A DNA stretch of 64,000 bases, taken from contig JAMLHI010000009.1 in NCBI GenBank assembly GCA_023957235.1, positions 24,683 through 88,682 on the forward strand, written 5' to 3'. Both the position numbers and the translations under genes were made by a program. Of the stretch, positions 46,483-57,286 are shown piece after piece. The notes under the pieces are model-generated. The model searched no databases, was not told where the DNA came from, and saw only the letters and a list, made by a program, of their open reading frames with translations. Every line of letters begins with the position of its first letter. Position 1 is the stretch's first letter. The DNA is from Chitinophagales bacterium. Lineage in GTDB: Bacteria; Bacteroidota; Bacteroidia; Chitinophagales; JADIYW01.

Positions 46483-48296
46483 TACCAATCTTTTTCTATA
46501 AATGGGCGAGTAGATTTATCATTATTCTGTTGATTCATTATCCTTCTTTGAATTTCTTTTTCTTGTTGATCTAGAGCCTGAAACAAACGTTGGATATCCT
46601 GAGGGGACAAGTTCATAGGCTTTTCATTTGGTTTCTGCTTAGATTGATTTTCTTCTTGTTGATTATCTTCTTGTTTCCTTTCTTGTGATTTATCTTCTGA
46701 ATTTTGACTTTTATCTTTTGAATCCTTTTGATCCTTTTGGTCTTTTGAATTTTCTTGATTCTTTTTTTCCTCCTGATTATTTTTATTTTCCTGATTTTTT
46801 TTCTCCTCTTGATTAGAATCATCTTTTTGTTGATTCTGTTGCTGATGTTGTTGTTCAGGAGACTCAGATGGAGGAGGAAGATGAGCCAATGCCAAACTCA
46901 AATTATATTGTGCCCTATAATTATCGGGGGAAAATTTTAAAGCGTTGACAAATTGAGCAGAGGCTTCTTTATACTTGGATTGTTTAAACAAAATATTACC
47001 TATATTAAAAGTTGCCTTTGCTCGCAGAATAGAGTCGGGATTATCTTGTATCACTTGTTCAAAAATAGCTAATGCGCTATCCTCTTTATTGGCTGCTAAA
47101 AGACCTACACCAAAATTATATTTATTTTTAGCTACGCTATCTTTGGCCAAAAGACTCCGATAAAGCTCTAAAGATAAATCATACTTGCCTTCTTTAAAAG
47201 CCGCATCTGCTTGATAAGGCTTTTTCTCCTTCGTACATGAAATCCAAAACAATATAGGGAGCAAAACCAATAATATCTTTGTTTTCTTACTCTCTCTGAA
47301 GCTCAAAATATGAACCCCAGCTAGTTCAAACATTAATAAAATAATAGATGGGAACAAAAACCATTGAAAATAGCTTTTATATTTTGTATATACTCGCTCT
47401 TCTCCAGTACTAGTTCTTGCCCACTTTAAACTTCTCCGAATTTCTTTTAAAGCTTGTTTCTTAGATGATATATTAAAATATTTCCCTCTACCAGCATTAG
47501 CGATTTGTTTGAGTGTATTTTCATTGAGTCGGGTCAATATCTGATTGCCATCTTTATCTCTTTTAAAAGAAACGCCTCCTGCCATTGCTCTATCTGGAAT
47601 TGGAGCACCAGTAATAGTACCTACACCAATTGTATGAATAATCATATTCTTTGATGAAGCTAATTTGGCCATTTCGATTGCCTTGCTATCATGGTCTTCT
47701 CCATCAGACATTAATACCAAAATTTTTGATTTATTCTTAGAACTAGCTTCTAAAGATTCCGCCAACTGTATAGCCTCTCCGAGTGCAGTTCCCTGAGTAG
47801 GCATCATATCCGTATTGACAGCATCTAATTGCATTTCAAAAGCACCATAATCCGTAGTAAATGGCATCTGAATATATGCTTTCCCAGCAAAAACAATGAA
47901 TGCAATCCTATCTCCACCTAATGATTGAACTAGATTGGAAAGAAATTTTTTACTCACTTCCAACCTACTTGGAGCGATATCTTTTGCCAACATACTATTG
48001 GACAAGTCTAATGCGACAATAATATTACTATCTACATTTGTTACCGTTTCTTCTTCTGAACCAGATTGAGGGTTCATCATTGCTAATATCATCAACAAAA
48101 TAGCTATTAGCCATATCAATCTTTTAAGAAGAAGTTGCTCAGAAGAACAAGTATGAATTAAATCTTTTATTTTATCAGAATCACCTAACTTTTCTAGTTT
48201 TTGCTCTCTTCTTCTTTTGAAATACAAAAACAAGATGATGATAATAGGAATAGTCAGCAACCACCAAAATGCACTAATATGTTCTACTCTCCACAT
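46482..48296 (-). CDS. batB: BatB-BatC fusion (VWA domain, TM segments, TPRs, Q/K/E/N-rich linker, conserved C-terminal KDW)
   Basis: DLSNSM MIDAS, LMSDGEDH; then KKTKILLVLLPILFWISC, TPRs, low-complexity linker, LFQALDQQEKE...IEKDW. Confidence 0.8.
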   Translation of the reverse strand: MWRVEHISAFWWLLTIPIIIILFLYFKRRREQKLEKLGDSDKIKDLIHTCSSEQLLLKRLIWLIAILLMILAMMNPQSGSEEETVTNVDSNIIVALDLSNSMLAKDIAPSRLEVSKKFLSNLVQSLGGDRIAFIVFAGKAYIQMPFTTDYGAFEMQLDAVNTDMMPTQGTALGEAIQLAESLEASSKNKSKILVLMSDGEDHDSKAIEMAKLASSKNMIIHTIGVGTITGAPIPDRAMAGGVSFKRDKDGNQILTRLNENTLKQIANAGRGKYFNISSKKQALKEIRRSLKWARTSTGEERVYTKYKSYFQWFLFPSIILLMFELAGVHILSFRESKKTKILLVLLPILFWISCTKEKKPYQADAAFKEGKYDLSLELYRSLLAKDSVAKNKYNFGVGLLAANKEDSALAIFEQVIQDNPDSILRAKATFNIGNILFKQSKYKEASAQFVNALKFSPDNYRAQYNLSLALAHLPPPSESPEQQHQQQNQQKDDSNQEEKKNQENKNNQEEKKNQENSKDQKDQKDSKDKSQNSEDKSQERKQEDNQQEENQSKQKPNEKPMNLSPQDIQRLFQALDQQEKEIQRRIMNQQNNDKSTRPFIEKDW

Positions 48297-48297
48297 T

Positions 48298-49296
48298 TTA
48301 CAAATCTTGCTTTAAATAGATGGTTTTCACTCCCCATTCCAATAATAGAATAAGTAATGCCATTAGTAAAAAATTATAAAACAACTCTTCTTTAGGTGTA
48401 TAAGCACTTACCTTAATTTTAGTTTTTTCTAATTGATCGATTGTATGATAAATTTGTTCCAGCTCCTTATTATTTTCAGCCCGATAATACTCTCCACCGG
48501 TATTTTTTGAAATTAGTTTCAGCAAATTCTCATCAATTTGAACTTCCATTTCCTTATATGCTGTCCTTCCAGTAAAAGGGTCTGGGACTGGATATGGAGC
48601 CGAACCATTTCGACCTATTCCTATGGTATAAACTTTTATATTTTCCGCTTTTGCCATTTCCATAGCTGTTTGAGGATCAATATATCCAGTGTTATTCACA
48701 CCATCAGTCATCAAAATCACTACTTTAGATTTAGCCTCACTATTTTTTAATCTACTTACTGCCGTTGCCAATCCCATACCTATAGCCGTACCATCTTCAA
48801 GAATATTAGGTTGAATATTGTTTAACAATGTATTTAAAACCCGATAATCAGTTGTCAAAGGACACTGAGTAAAACTTTCTGCAGCAAAAATCACTAAGCC
48901 AATTCTATCATTTGTCCTTTTTTTAATAAAATCTTCTGCAACATGAATAGCTGCTTGTAATCTATCTGGCTTAAAATCCTGCGCCAACATACTTCCTGAA
49001 ATATCCAATGACAATATGATATCTATACCTTCAATACTTAATGGCGAACTGCCGATAGGTTTCTGAGGCCGAGCCAGAGCTACTATCATCATTACCAATG
49101 CCATTAATCGCAAATAAATAGGTAAGTGTCTCCATTTTACTCGACCACTATTTTGGGGTATTCCGACAGTTCTTATAGAAGGAATTTTCATCTTCCTTGC
49201 TACCGAGTTTTCTGTCTTTTTATAATGCCTCCATAAAATAGGCAACATGATTAAAAGCAAAAAAAACCAAGGATATGCAAAAGTGATATTATTCAT
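48298..49296 (-). CDS. batA: BatA (VWA domain membrane protein)
   Basis: LALARPQ, DISGSM MIDAS, GTAIGMG, LMTDGVNN, KVYTIGIG. Confidence 0.9.
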   Translation of the reverse strand: MNNITFAYPWFFLLLIMLPILWRHYKKTENSVARKMKIPSIRTVGIPQNSGRVKWRHLPIYLRLMALVMMIVALARPQKPIGSSPLSIEGIDIILSLDISGSMLAQDFKPDRLQAAIHVAEDFIKKRTNDRIGLVIFAAESFTQCPLTTDYRVLNTLLNNIQPNILEDGTAIGMGLATAVSRLKNSEAKSKVVILMTDGVNNTGYIDPQTAMEMAKAENIKVYTIGIGRNGSAPYPVPDPFTGRTAYKEMEVQIDENLLKLISKNTGGEYYRAENNKELEQIYHTIDQLEKTKIKVSAYTPKEELFYNFLLMALLILLLEWGVKTIYLKQDL

Positions 49297-50215
49297 CTTT
49301 TACCTCCTCTTTTATTGAATCTTCCAGTTCATCAAACCCAATCAGGTCTCTAACTTTTTGGATAGTCGCATTTTGTTCATCAATATTAGTAGTCACTCTA
49401 GCAAACTTGACTTGATCACAAACAGATAGAACTTCTGACACTTTTATCAATTGAGAAGAATATTTTCTACTTGATGCAATTGCTCCTAAGACTTCGCCCG
49501 AAGAAAAGAAAGGAGCAGGTATCAACCAGACTCGTTCCATATATAACCTTAAAATATTAGATAATAATGCCCAATCTTCTTTCTCTTTAACAAATGGAAT
49601 TCTATTTTCTAAATCTTTCAATTGTTCAAAAGCCCACTCTCTAGGATTTTTATTTAAAGGAATACTCAGTCGATTTTTATTATGTTTCCAATAATACAAT
49701 CCTCCTAAAACACTTAATAATAGTACTGAAGCGATGACAATAATATATATATACCATTTAGATTTAGTGGAAGTATATAATGGTTCATATTCCCTCCTTA
49801 ATGCATCAGTCGTATCAACAGGAATTCTATGTACTTGAAAATTTTGTATTGATATTGCAAAAGTATCTACTATATTATTTTGACTATATGGGATGAGGAT
49901 TTGATTTTCATTTCCTGTTATACTATCAAAAGCTACATAGGCAAACCGTACTTTATAAATCAATGAGTCTTCACTTTTTATCACTTCCAACCCATTTAAA
50001 GGATTATTATTCACAATGTCCAAGCCATTTATTGAGGGAGCTGTAATGGGTGCTTGAACTTTTATATCCATAGGAGCTTTTACTTCTATGTCTAAAAAAA
50101 ATGTTTGCCCAATATAAATTTCTTTTTGAAAGAAGGTAGCTTGTCCTCGTACAGCATCATTCGCCCATGAAAGGAATGGATAACAAAAAAAACAAAATAT
50201 CCACCATTTTATCAT
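49289..50215 (-). CDS. Hypothetical bat-operon membrane protein
   Basis: Signal peptide, Ig-like region, single TM, C-terminal LSNILRLYMER...CDQVKFA; usual position between DUF58 and batA. Confidence 0.7.
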   Translation of the reverse strand: MIKWWIFCFFCYPFLSWANDAVRGQATFFQKEIYIGQTFFLDIEVKAPMDIKVQAPITAPSINGLDIVNNNPLNGLEVIKSEDSLIYKVRFAYVAFDSITGNENQILIPYSQNNIVDTFAISIQNFQVHRIPVDTTDALRREYEPLYTSTKSKWYIYIIVIASVLLLSVLGGLYYWKHNKNRLSIPLNKNPREWAFEQLKDLENRIPFVKEKEDWALLSNILRLYMERVWLIPAPFFSSGEVLGAIASSRKYSSQLIKVSEVLSVCDQVKFARVTTNIDEQNATIQKVRDLIGFDELEDSIKEEVKDE

Positions 50216-50216
50216 C

Positions 50217-51095
50217 CTAATTTTTTTTTATCCTTTGATGAAAAAACAATTGTAATTTTTTAATATAATCCTCTTGATCTGAAAGCATAATAATATCTGC
50301 ATTAGCTTCTAAAAACACCTTTTTAAAATAACTGTTTCGATATTGAGCCTGTTGCTGATACCATGCCCTATAACTTTCTGACGATGTATCTACCCATTGA
50401 ACTAAATTATTTTCTGCATCTTGAATCTGAACTAATCCTATATCAGGAAGCCTATCATCAAGAGGATCTTTCACAGACACTCCAATAACATCATTCTTTG
50501 CTGACAGGATAGATAAAGCATTTTTATAATTATCAAATAAAAAATCGGAAAGTAAAAAAACAATTGAATTACGTTTTTGAACCTTACAGAAATAATTGAC
50601 TGCCGTTTCAAAATGAGTAGTGTTATTTACAGAAGAATCAGCAATCATTATTGCTCTGATGATTTGTAATATTTGTTGATATCCCTTTTTAGGAGGCAAA
50701 TATTTTTTAATCTCCGAGTCAAACAAAAGTAATCCAATATTATCTTGACTTCTATTTGCAGAAAATGCCAAAGTAGCAACAATTTCTGCTATTCGTTCTC
50801 TCCTATCTGTTTTCCCGATAGAAGTCAATACTGATTGGCTAATATCCACCATAAACATAACCGTCTGTTCTCTTTCTTCATGAAAAAGTTTGACATAAGG
50901 TGATTTCATTCTAGCAGAGACATTCCAGTCTATATGACGTATATCATCACCATAAGTATATTCCCTTACCTCACTAAACTCCATTCCTTTACCCTTAAAT
51001 GCAGTGTGATATACTCCAGCAAATTGCTGGTTGGATAGCAATTTTGAAGTGATTTCAATCTTTTTGACTTTACGAATGATATTAGAGATATCCAT
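50217..51095 (-). CDS. DUF58-domain (VWA-like) MoxR partner
   Basis: FKGKGMEFSEVREYTYGDDIRHIDWNVSAR, MVDISQS, FLLSDF. Confidence 0.92.
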   Translation of the reverse strand: MDISNIIRKVKKIEITSKLLSNQQFAGVYHTAFKGKGMEFSEVREYTYGDDIRHIDWNVSARMKSPYVKLFHEEREQTVMFMVDISQSVLTSIGKTDRRERIAEIVATLAFSANRSQDNIGLLLFDSEIKKYLPPKKGYQQILQIIRAIMIADSSVNNTTHFETAVNYFCKVQKRNSIVFLLSDFLFDNYKNALSILSAKNDVIGVSVKDPLDDRLPDIGLVQIQDAENNLVQWVDTSSESYRAWYQQQAQYRNSYFKKVFLEANADIIMLSDQEDYIKKLQLFFHQRIKKN

Positions 51096-52102
51096 TACGG
51101 TACGTCTATTCTTTGAATTATTTTTTCAACAATCTGCTCACTTGTAATCTGCTCAGCTTCAGCTTCAAAAGTCAATCCTATTCTATGTCGAAGAACATCT
51201 AAAACCACCGTTTTCACATCTTCTGGAATGACGTAGGCTCTTTTATTAAGAAATGCATTGGCTCTAGCTCCCATTGCTAAACTGATTGATGCCCTTGGAG
51301 AAGCACCATAAGAGATATAATTATTTAATTCTGACAGTCTGTATTTATCGGGATGGCGTGTTGCAAAAACTAAATCTAAAATATACTGCTCAATTTTCTC
51401 ATCCATATAAATTTCTTTCACTATCGTTCTAGCATTAAAAATATCCTCTATTGAAACACAAGGTTTAATTTTAGGCCATTCCCCTATAGTATTCATTCTC
51501 ATTATTAACCTTTCTTCTTCATATTTAGGATAAGTGATGACCACTTTAAGCATAAATCTATCTACCTGAGCCTCAGGTAAAGGATACGTTCCTTCTTGTT
51601 CAATAGGATTTTGAGTAGCCATAACTAAAAATGGCTCAGGAAGATGAAAAACATGTTCACCAATTGTGACTGTCCTTTCTTGCATCGCCTGTAATAATGC
51701 TGCCTGAACTTTTGCAGGAGCACGATTGATTTCGTCAGCTAAGACAAAATTGGAAAATACAGGACCTTTTTTAACTTCAAAAATACCTTTCTGTTGTTGA
51801 AAAATCATTGTTCCTGTAATATCAGATGGCAACAAATCTGGAGTAAACTGTATTCTATTAAAATCTACATCAACTGCTTCTGAAAGAGATTTAATGGCTA
51901 AGGTCTTTGCTAAGCCCGGCACTCCTTCTAGCAATATATGACCATTTGTTAATAATGCCAATAGCAATCGGTCTAACATCCCTTGCTGGCCAATTATCAC
52001 TTTGGAAAGTTCCTTTCTGAGCACATCAATAAATGCACTATGATCTTGAACTTTCAATTGCAATTCTGAGAGAGAATTAGCGGTTAAATGATTTATATCC
52101 AT
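51095..52102 (-). CDS. moxR: MoxR-family AAA+ ATPase (likely start ATG 52102)
   Basis: LLEGVPGLAKT, IQFTPDLLPSD, ADEINRAPAK, ATQNPIEQEGTYPLPEAQVDRF, GASPRAS. Confidence 0.95.
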   Translation of the reverse strand: MDINHLTANSLSELQLKVQDHSAFIDVLRKELSKVIIGQQGMLDRLLLALLTNGHILLEGVPGLAKTLAIKSLSEAVDVDFNRIQFTPDLLPSDITGTMIFQQQKGIFEVKKGPVFSNFVLADEINRAPAKVQAALLQAMQERTVTIGEHVFHLPEPFLVMATQNPIEQEGTYPLPEAQVDRFMLKVVITYPKYEEERLIMRMNTIGEWPKIKPCVSIEDIFNARTIVKEIYMDEKIEQYILDLVFATRHPDKYRLSELNNYISYGASPRASISLAMGARANAFLNKRAYVIPEDVKTVVLDVLRHRIGLTFEAEAEQITSEQIVEKIIQRIDVP

Positions 52103-52413
52103 CTGACTAGTCAATTTTAAAGATAAATAATACTATAAGAATGTATTTAAATATTCTATATCCATTATACAGTTAAATACTTTAACCCAAAAACTTCAAA
52201 TAGAAATTCATACAGCCCAATAAACTCATGCTTTACCATAAAACAAAGCACGAATTTAATCAATAGCAAGAGCAATGAATATTTATCAGGGTTAAAATAT
52301 GTTAGACAATCAACAGCGTTATTCTATTAAATGTTAATACTTAAAATAGAAAAACTTCTGTCATCTAAAACAAAGACACTTGGTTTAAATATAGGATAAG
52401 TGAAATTTTCAAA

Positions 52414-52815
52414 TTATTTTTTTTGACATAATTCAATTAAACTCCCTCCAGTAGTTTTAGGATGAAAAAAACAAACTAATTTACCCAACGCCCCTATATA
52501 TGGCTCTTCAGACAATGCCTTAAATCCTTCAGATTTCATTCTTTGCATTTCAGAGTGAATATTATCGACTAAAAAAGCGACATGATGAATCCCTGGTCCT
52601 TTATTAAGAAGAAATTTGCTAATTGCACTATCAGTAGAAGTAGGTTCTAAAAGTTCAATTTTTGTATTTCCTATTTCATAAAATGTAGCTATCAATTTCT
52701 GCGATACAATTTCTTCCTTATGAAAAGGAATACTATCCAATATAGCATTAAACAATTGAACACCTTCTCCCATATTATTTACAGCTATACCAATATGATC
52801 AATTTGTTTTATCAT
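52414..52815 (-). CDS. mce: Methylmalonyl-CoA epimerase (likely start ATG 52815)
   Basis: IDHIGIAV, IELLEP, GPGIHHVAF, FFHPKTTGGSLIELCQ (VOC fold). Confidence 0.88.
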   Translation of the reverse strand: MIKQIDHIGIAVNNMGEGVQLFNAILDSIPFHKEEIVSQKLIATFYEIGNTKIELLEPTSTDSAISKFLLNKGPGIHHVAFLVDNIHSEMQRMKSEGFKALSEEPYIGALGKLVCFFHPKTTGGSLIELCQKK

Positions 52816-52879
52816 AAAATATAAAATTATTTGATAGATTGTAAATTTAAACAGAATAGGTATTAATTTAATAAGGGAA

Positions 52880-54007
52880 ATGAATTCATTTATATATTTC
52901 GACCACAATGCAACAACCGCAGTTGATGAAAGAGTCTTAGAGACAATGTTGCCCTATTTTAATAAAAACTATGGTAATGCTTCAAGTATCACCTACGGCA
53001 TGGGATTAAGTGCAAAAAATGCAGTAGAAACAGCTAGAATACAAGTTGCAAATCTAATCAATTGTATAGCACAAGAGATTATATTCACTTCAGGGGCAAC
53101 AGAAGCAATAAACACCGCCATCAAAGGAATATTTTGGAGATATCAAATAAAAGGAAAACACTTTATTACTGCAAAGACAGAGCATAAAGCTGTGCTAGAT
53201 AGCTTAAAATGGATAGAAACTCAAGGAGCAGAGGTAAGCTATCTAGGTGTCAACGAAAATGGATTAATAAAAATCGAAGAGTTAGAAAATCTTATCAGAA
53301 AAGACACAGTGGCTGTAATTGTTATGCTTGCCAATAATGAAACTGGAGTCATTCAACCCATAAAAGAAATATCTCAGATTACAAACCAAAAAAATACTAT
53401 TTTAATCTGTGATGCAACACAAGCAATAGGCAAAATAAACGTTGATGTACAAAAATATGGAATTGATGTTTTGGCATTGAGTGCTCATAAATTTTATGGA
53501 CCTAAAGGTGTTGGAGCTCTCTATTTAAGGAGAAAATCACCAAGAGTAAGCCTAACCCCATTATTGCATGGAGGAGGACATGAAAGAGAAAATAGGTCTG
53601 GAACACTAAATGTCCCATTAATTGTAGGATTAGGAAAGGCATCAGTATTAGCTACTGAATATATACAGACTTATCAAGAAAAAATTCTTCCAATTAAACA
53701 ATTTTTAGAAGATCAGTTGATATCTAAAAAAATAGCCACAATTAATGCTTATCAAACACAAAGATTACCCAATACCATTAGTGCCCAACTCCACAATATC
53801 AAGGCTGAGACCATCATAAAAAAGATTCAAAGTAGAATTGGAATTTCTACAGGGTCAGCATGTAGCAGCTCAAGACCAGAACCTTCACATGTATTATTAG
53901 CCATGGGATTGACACAAGAACAAGCACATCACACTATAAGAATAAGTTTAGGAATAGACAATAAAATGGAAGATGCAGAATTATTCTTGAAATTAATAAA
54001 TGAATAA
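52880..54007 (+). CDS. iscS: Cysteine desulfurase (IscS/NifS family)
   Basis: YFDHNATT, FTSGATEA, SAHKFYGPKG (PLP Lys), STGSACSS (catalytic Cys). Confidence 0.92.
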   Translation: MNSFIYFDHNATTAVDERVLETMLPYFNKNYGNASSITYGMGLSAKNAVETARIQVANLINCIAQEIIFTSGATEAINTAIKGIFWRYQIKGKHFITAKTEHKAVLDSLKWIETQGAEVSYLGVNENGLIKIEELENLIRKDTVAVIVMLANNETGVIQPIKEISQITNQKNTILICDATQAIGKINVDVQKYGIDVLALSAHKFYGPKGVGALYLRRKSPRVSLTPLLHGGGHERENRSGTLNVPLIVGLGKASVLATEYIQTYQEKILPIKQFLEDQLISKKIATINAYQTQRLPNTISAQLHNIKAETIIKKIQSRIGISTGSACSSSRPEPSHVLLAMGLTQEQAHHTIRISLGIDNKMEDAELFLKLINE

Positions 54008-54028
54008 AAAGAGTATTGATATTAATAA

Positions 54029-54056
54029 AAAAAGCGATTCTTTCGAATCGCTTTTT
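54029..54056. terminator. Bidirectional terminator between iscS and gldN
   Basis: aaaaagcgattc-tttc-gaatcgcttttt. Confidence 0.85.
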
Positions 54057-54059
54057 ATT

Positions 54060-54950
54060 TTAAAACTCCCAAAGGTCATGTTCAAAATTGAATATCTTTT
54101 CCTTAATCCTTTCTGATTCATACAATTGATCGATAGGGTCTTCCCAGATATCTTTAACACGTTCATCACGGACATTATCCTCTTTATAAATAATAGAGCT
54201 AAATAATCTCAATGTAAATATATCATCCCATGTCAATCTGACACCATCAGGAAAAGGGTTAAATGCTTCTGTTTTCACAAGAACATTTCTAAGATTAGGC
54301 ATATATATCCAAAACAATGCTTTAGTACCTCTAAAAACCCCTTCTTCACTATAGTCATCCATAATAGGAGCAATTCCTAAAATGCGAACTTGCATTGTAG
54401 AACTTTGCTTATTAAAATACCACATTTCTTTTAACCTATACTGCTTAACATTTTCAAAATTGAAGTCTTTAGTAATAACAGTAGGAATCAAAATATCTGG
54501 ATTCATAGCATCAGGCACCCAAACTGTATCTGAGGTAGAACCAGTCATGGCTAATGCTTCTTCAGGTTTAATAGGTGTTTTGAAATCATCATCATTTGCA
54601 CCAAAAACAGGAACCTCGCCAGATTTCACAGCATCTATAAGGATATTGATAAGGGGAGCTTTCGGATAACTAAAAGGAAGATTCATCTTTTCTCTAGTAT
54701 CCACTACTCTCCAAATTTCTTTTTTCCAAAAGACATCTGCCTCTCTCACAAAATCAGGATCAAGAACAACTCTTTGCCCTGTAACTTCCTGAATCCAAGG
54801 TAAAACTTGTAATTCTGTCTGCTCAGTCTTTTCAGTATTAGCTTCAGAAGCATCTACAACTTGCATTGTCGGCTGCTGTGCATGAACACCGAAGACAAAT
54901 ACAACACCAAATGTGCTTGTAAATAATGATTTTAAAAAATTGTTTTTCAT
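54060..54950 (-). CDS. gldN: Gliding motility/T9SS protein GldN (PorN)
   Basis: VREADVFWKKEIWRVVDTREKMNLPF, YRLKEMWYFNK, RILGIAP, FEHDLWEF. Confidence 0.93.
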   Translation of the reverse strand: MKNNFLKSLFTSTFGVVFVFGVHAQQPTMQVVDASEANTEKTEQTELQVLPWIQEVTGQRVVLDPDFVREADVFWKKEIWRVVDTREKMNLPFSYPKAPLINILIDAVKSGEVPVFGANDDDFKTPIKPEEALAMTGSTSDTVWVPDAMNPDILIPTVITKDFNFENVKQYRLKEMWYFNKQSSTMQVRILGIAPIMDDYSEEGVFRGTKALFWIYMPNLRNVLVKTEAFNPFPDGVRLTWDDIFTLRLFSSIIYKEDNVRDERVKDIWEDPIDQLYESERIKEKIFNFEHDLWEF

Positions 54951-54969
54951 TTAAGTATTTTTGACAATA

Positions 54970-56598
54970 TTAGATCAGTGTAAATACGATACCTGGAATT
55001 CTTCTGGTTGTACCATCAGGTCCCTTCACTCTGATTTCTTCGAAATATACAGTATCACCTGGTTTCATTTCCCTTTGGAATCCTTGAACTTGAGAATTGA
55101 AATAAGCTCCATTACAAACGGCAGATACTGGATCTTGACGTTTTGGAACAAAGGTTACTTGATATGAAACAACTTCAAAACGAGCATCAAAATCAAAATT
55201 CTCTAATATAGCAGACAATCCATTTTGAACACGCATTTCAGCAGAAGAAATCCGTCCACCTTTTTTACCACCCACACTAGCTACAGGGTCAGGAATCATT
55301 TTAACTCTAAATTCTTTAGAAGTTAATGATTTTCCTTTTGCAGTTACATTCACCTGAGCTTTACCAGCAGTGGTTACACGTACAACATAATTACCGCCTG
55401 AACCAGAAATTGAACCACCAGAAACAGATACATTCAAATCTTGTGCTCTTACACCTGCAGCAGAAACATCTACTGGATTATCAACACCGATATAAAACAC
55501 ATTCATTTTGGTAGGAGACACAGTTGCAAACGGAGCTGCAACAGTATATTTGTATTCAGGAAGTTTATATGAAGCAACAGCATTAGTCCTATCATTTCTT
55601 ACATTAATAGTACCAGAAACTGGAAACTCACCAACACTAGTAGCAGTACGTTTAAATGTACCAACTCCATCAGAGTTAACAGGTAAGCCACTTCCGTTTA
55701 CAGTAATAGAAACATTATTTGTTTTAGAGTTAAAAGCAGCCAAAAACACTTCAGCCTCAAAAGTTTCCCCCAACATCACATAAGATGTAGGTGCAACAAT
55801 TTTTGCTTGAAACTTATCAAATACAATTTCATCAACTTGAAGTTCCTGAGATTTACCAATTTTTGAAAAGAAATAAGAAGCCAAATCATTCTCAATACCT
55901 TTAATATCAGAATTGAATTTTGTCAACATTGTTTGAGATGCGATAGCTGGAATCTGACCAAAACTTTCTCGAACCCAATCATTAGCTGGATTAGCAATAG
56001 GATTTCTTTCATTAGATTTTGAAGGTGCTTGAGATGCAATAATTGAAACTTTGCCATTATCAATTACCATATTAAAAGGCCAATTGGCAGTCACTTCATT
56101 AACATCAGCAGTATCAACCAATGAAACAAACTTAGTTAAGGCCTGTTCAATTTTTGCTTGTAGTTCATAACCTTTCCCCCCTTTTACATTACCTCTCTCA
56201 GTTCCTTCCACAAGAAATCTAGTTGACAAATCAACATCATCACGTTTCTTCATGTCACCATTGTATTCTTCAGCAGGACCGCCACCTTGTTCTACAAGCT
56301 GACTGACTAAAGTTTCAATATAACCTTCAAGATCTTCAGCAACTGACTTTGCCTCATTTAATTTAGGTTCATATATAGCAAATTTAGGGTTGCCTGGTTC
56401 TTTTGCCTTTTTAGCAGCAAAACTTTCATAAATATTTTTCTTTCTAACATCGATTGTTTCTGAAGATTTAATCAAACTCTTATTGATTAATGAAAATGCA
56501 TTTAAGAGTTCGGCAGAAACGTTCAAGGCTAGCATAGCTGTCAACACGATATACATCATGTTGATCATCTGTTGCCGGTTTTCCTTAGGTATAGCCAT
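54970..56598 (-). CDS. gldM: Gliding motility/T9SS motor protein GldM (PorM)
   Basis: RQQMINMMYIVLTAMLALNVS, KMNVFYIGVDNPV. Confidence 0.96.
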   Translation of the reverse strand: MAIPKENRQQMINMMYIVLTAMLALNVSAELLNAFSLINKSLIKSSETIDVRKKNIYESFAAKKAKEPGNPKFAIYEPKLNEAKSVAEDLEGYIETLVSQLVEQGGGPAEEYNGDMKKRDDVDLSTRFLVEGTERGNVKGGKGYELQAKIEQALTKFVSLVDTADVNEVTANWPFNMVIDNGKVSIIASQAPSKSNERNPIANPANDWVRESFGQIPAIASQTMLTKFNSDIKGIENDLASYFFSKIGKSQELQVDEIVFDKFQAKIVAPTSYVMLGETFEAEVFLAAFNSKTNNVSITVNGSGLPVNSDGVGTFKRTATSVGEFPVSGTINVRNDRTNAVASYKLPEYKYTVAAPFATVSPTKMNVFYIGVDNPVDVSAAGVRAQDLNVSVSGGSISGSGGNYVVRVTTAGKAQVNVTAKGKSLTSKEFRVKMIPDPVASVGGKKGGRISSAEMRVQNGLSAILENFDFDARFEVVSYQVTFVPKRQDPVSAVCNGAYFNSQVQGFQREMKPGDTVYFEEIRVKGPDGTTRRIPGIVFTLI

Positions 56599-56642
56599 TA
56601 TTAATTCGTTTTATTGAATGATAAAATAAATAAAACGAGGAA

Positions 56643-57239
56643 CTATGATTTCATAGCAGAAAGCATATTACCATAAACTTTAGTCAAGTTGTCTAAGCTT
56701 GAAGACAATGCACCCATAGCGTCATTAGCTTGCTTAGTTTGAGCTTCAATATTCTTTGAAAGTGAAGTCATAGAATCTGCTGCTTGTTTAGTCTGAGTTA
56801 CAAAATTTTCTGTAGCTGCATGAGCATTTAACACACCAGAGATAGAATTGACATTTTCACTTAATTTTTTCAAATTGTCACCTAATCTGTTGATTGTTGA
56901 CTGATCTATTTTGGCTTCATCCAACATTTTGTCTAGCGAAGCAGTGGAGCCACTTCCTGCAGCTTTAGGTGCTGATAATCCTTGGATTCCTTGCATTGTA
57001 CTTTCTGGATCTTCAAGACCTGGGAATAATTTACTCCAATAATAATCTGGTTCTGGGGGAATGATACCCGATATTGCAAATATAATTGCCTCTGTCATAA
57101 GTCCTACTGTCAAAGCAACGTTTGCCCAAGGTAAGTGTGTCAACTTACCCCAAGCCCCTATAATAACTACAGAAGCACCAACGCCGAAAAGTAAGTTTTT
57201 TGCGTATTTAAATCCTTTTGAATGAAAAACTGAAGCCAT
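56643..57239 (-). CDS. gldL: Gliding motility/T9SS motor protein GldL (PorL)
   Basis: GVGASVVIIGAWGKLTH, GLMTEAIIF (TM Glu), LTKVYGNMLSAM. Confidence 0.95.
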   Translation of the reverse strand: MASVFHSKGFKYAKNLLFGVGASVVIIGAWGKLTHLPWANVALTVGLMTEAIIFAISGIIPPEPDYYWSKLFPGLEDPESTMQGIQGLSAPKAAGSGSTASLDKMLDEAKIDQSTINRLGDNLKKLSENVNSISGVLNAHAATENFVTQTKQAADSMTSLSKNIEAQTKQANDAMGALSSSLDNLTKVYGNMLSAMKS

Positions 57240-57286
57240 AAAATTGTGTTTGTGTTATTGGTTTAAAAAAATAAAAAATATAGTGT

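Noticed and set aside
46613-46860. Low-complexity repeats and overlapping Lys/Ile-rich ORFs
   Set aside because: They are explained by the Q/K/E/N-rich BatC linker; the overlapping ORFs are frame shadows.
52103-52413. Small ORF or ncRNA in the moxR-mce spacer
   Set aside because: Only a 24-codon minus-strand ORF with no supporting features and no convincing secondary structure.
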